Positions 63,878-64,000 of a DNA stretch of 64,000 nt are shown piece by piece; within the stretch, counting starts at the first letter, position 1, and every line of letters begins with the position of its first letter. The notes beneath the pieces were generated by a model. The model made no database searches, was not told the origin of the DNA, and worked only from the letters and a program-made list of their open reading frames with translations. The stretch covers positions 1,110,733 through 1,174,732 of the forward strand of contig JAXGYC010000007.1 in assembly GCA_040772485.1 (NCBI GenBank), in the 5' to 3' direction. The stretch comes from Sedimentisphaerales bacterium (GTDB taxonomy: Bacteria > Planctomycetota > Phycisphaerae > Sedimentisphaerales > Anaerobacaceae). A program made the position numbers and the translations under genes.

Positions 63878-64000
63878 TGAAGATCAAAAGTCAAACATCA
63901 AAGGTCAAAATTGCGGAATCCGCCGAAGGCAGATGAGTACGGGCGTCCCGGCGCGCCGGGACGCCCCTACGGCCATTTTGCATTTTGCCGTTTGCACTTT
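63878..64000. repeat. Inverted heptamer element with GCCGAAGGC core and nested REP-like palindrome (63937-63970); right arm truncated by the window end
   Basis: TCAAAAG TCAAACA TCAAAGG TCAAAAT, then ATCCGCCGAAGGCAGAT, GTACGGGCGTCCCGGCGCGCCGGGACGCCCCTAC, and ATTTTGC ATTTTGC CGTTTGC. Confidence 0.85.

Overview
High-GC bacterial chromosomal window. The gene content (Tat sulfatase, LamG/discoidin modular secreted proteins, BlaI/M56 pair, DUF1559-like protein, AsmA-like protein) suggests Planctomycetota, probably Phycisphaerae/Sedimentisphaerales; this is inference. About 39 genes are present. Housekeeping genes: purD, asnA, a cold-shock gene, csrA, gltA, hisA, mnmG, acpS, mfd, tkt. Other blocks: a secreted protease pair (trypsin-like S1 and C10), a long coiled-coil lipoprotein, a GH127 glycosidase, a BlaI plus M56-ankyrin sensor with operator boxes, a fused EtfB-EtfA with an ETF:quinone oxidoreductase, a nucleoside hydrolase-rbsK-rbsB-rbsA operon lacking a permease, and two tandem LamG paralogs, one heavily frameshifted. 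I recognised no rRNA, tRNA, CRISPR array, transposase or integrase. The most striking unexplained structure is a set of small palindromic DNA elements: 7-mer or 9-mer tandem arms in inverted orientation, some with a shared GCCGAAGGC core, plus REP-like palindromes. They are concentrated at 55.6-64 kb, and three sit in frame inside mfd. All calls come from reading motifs by eye; no database searches were run.
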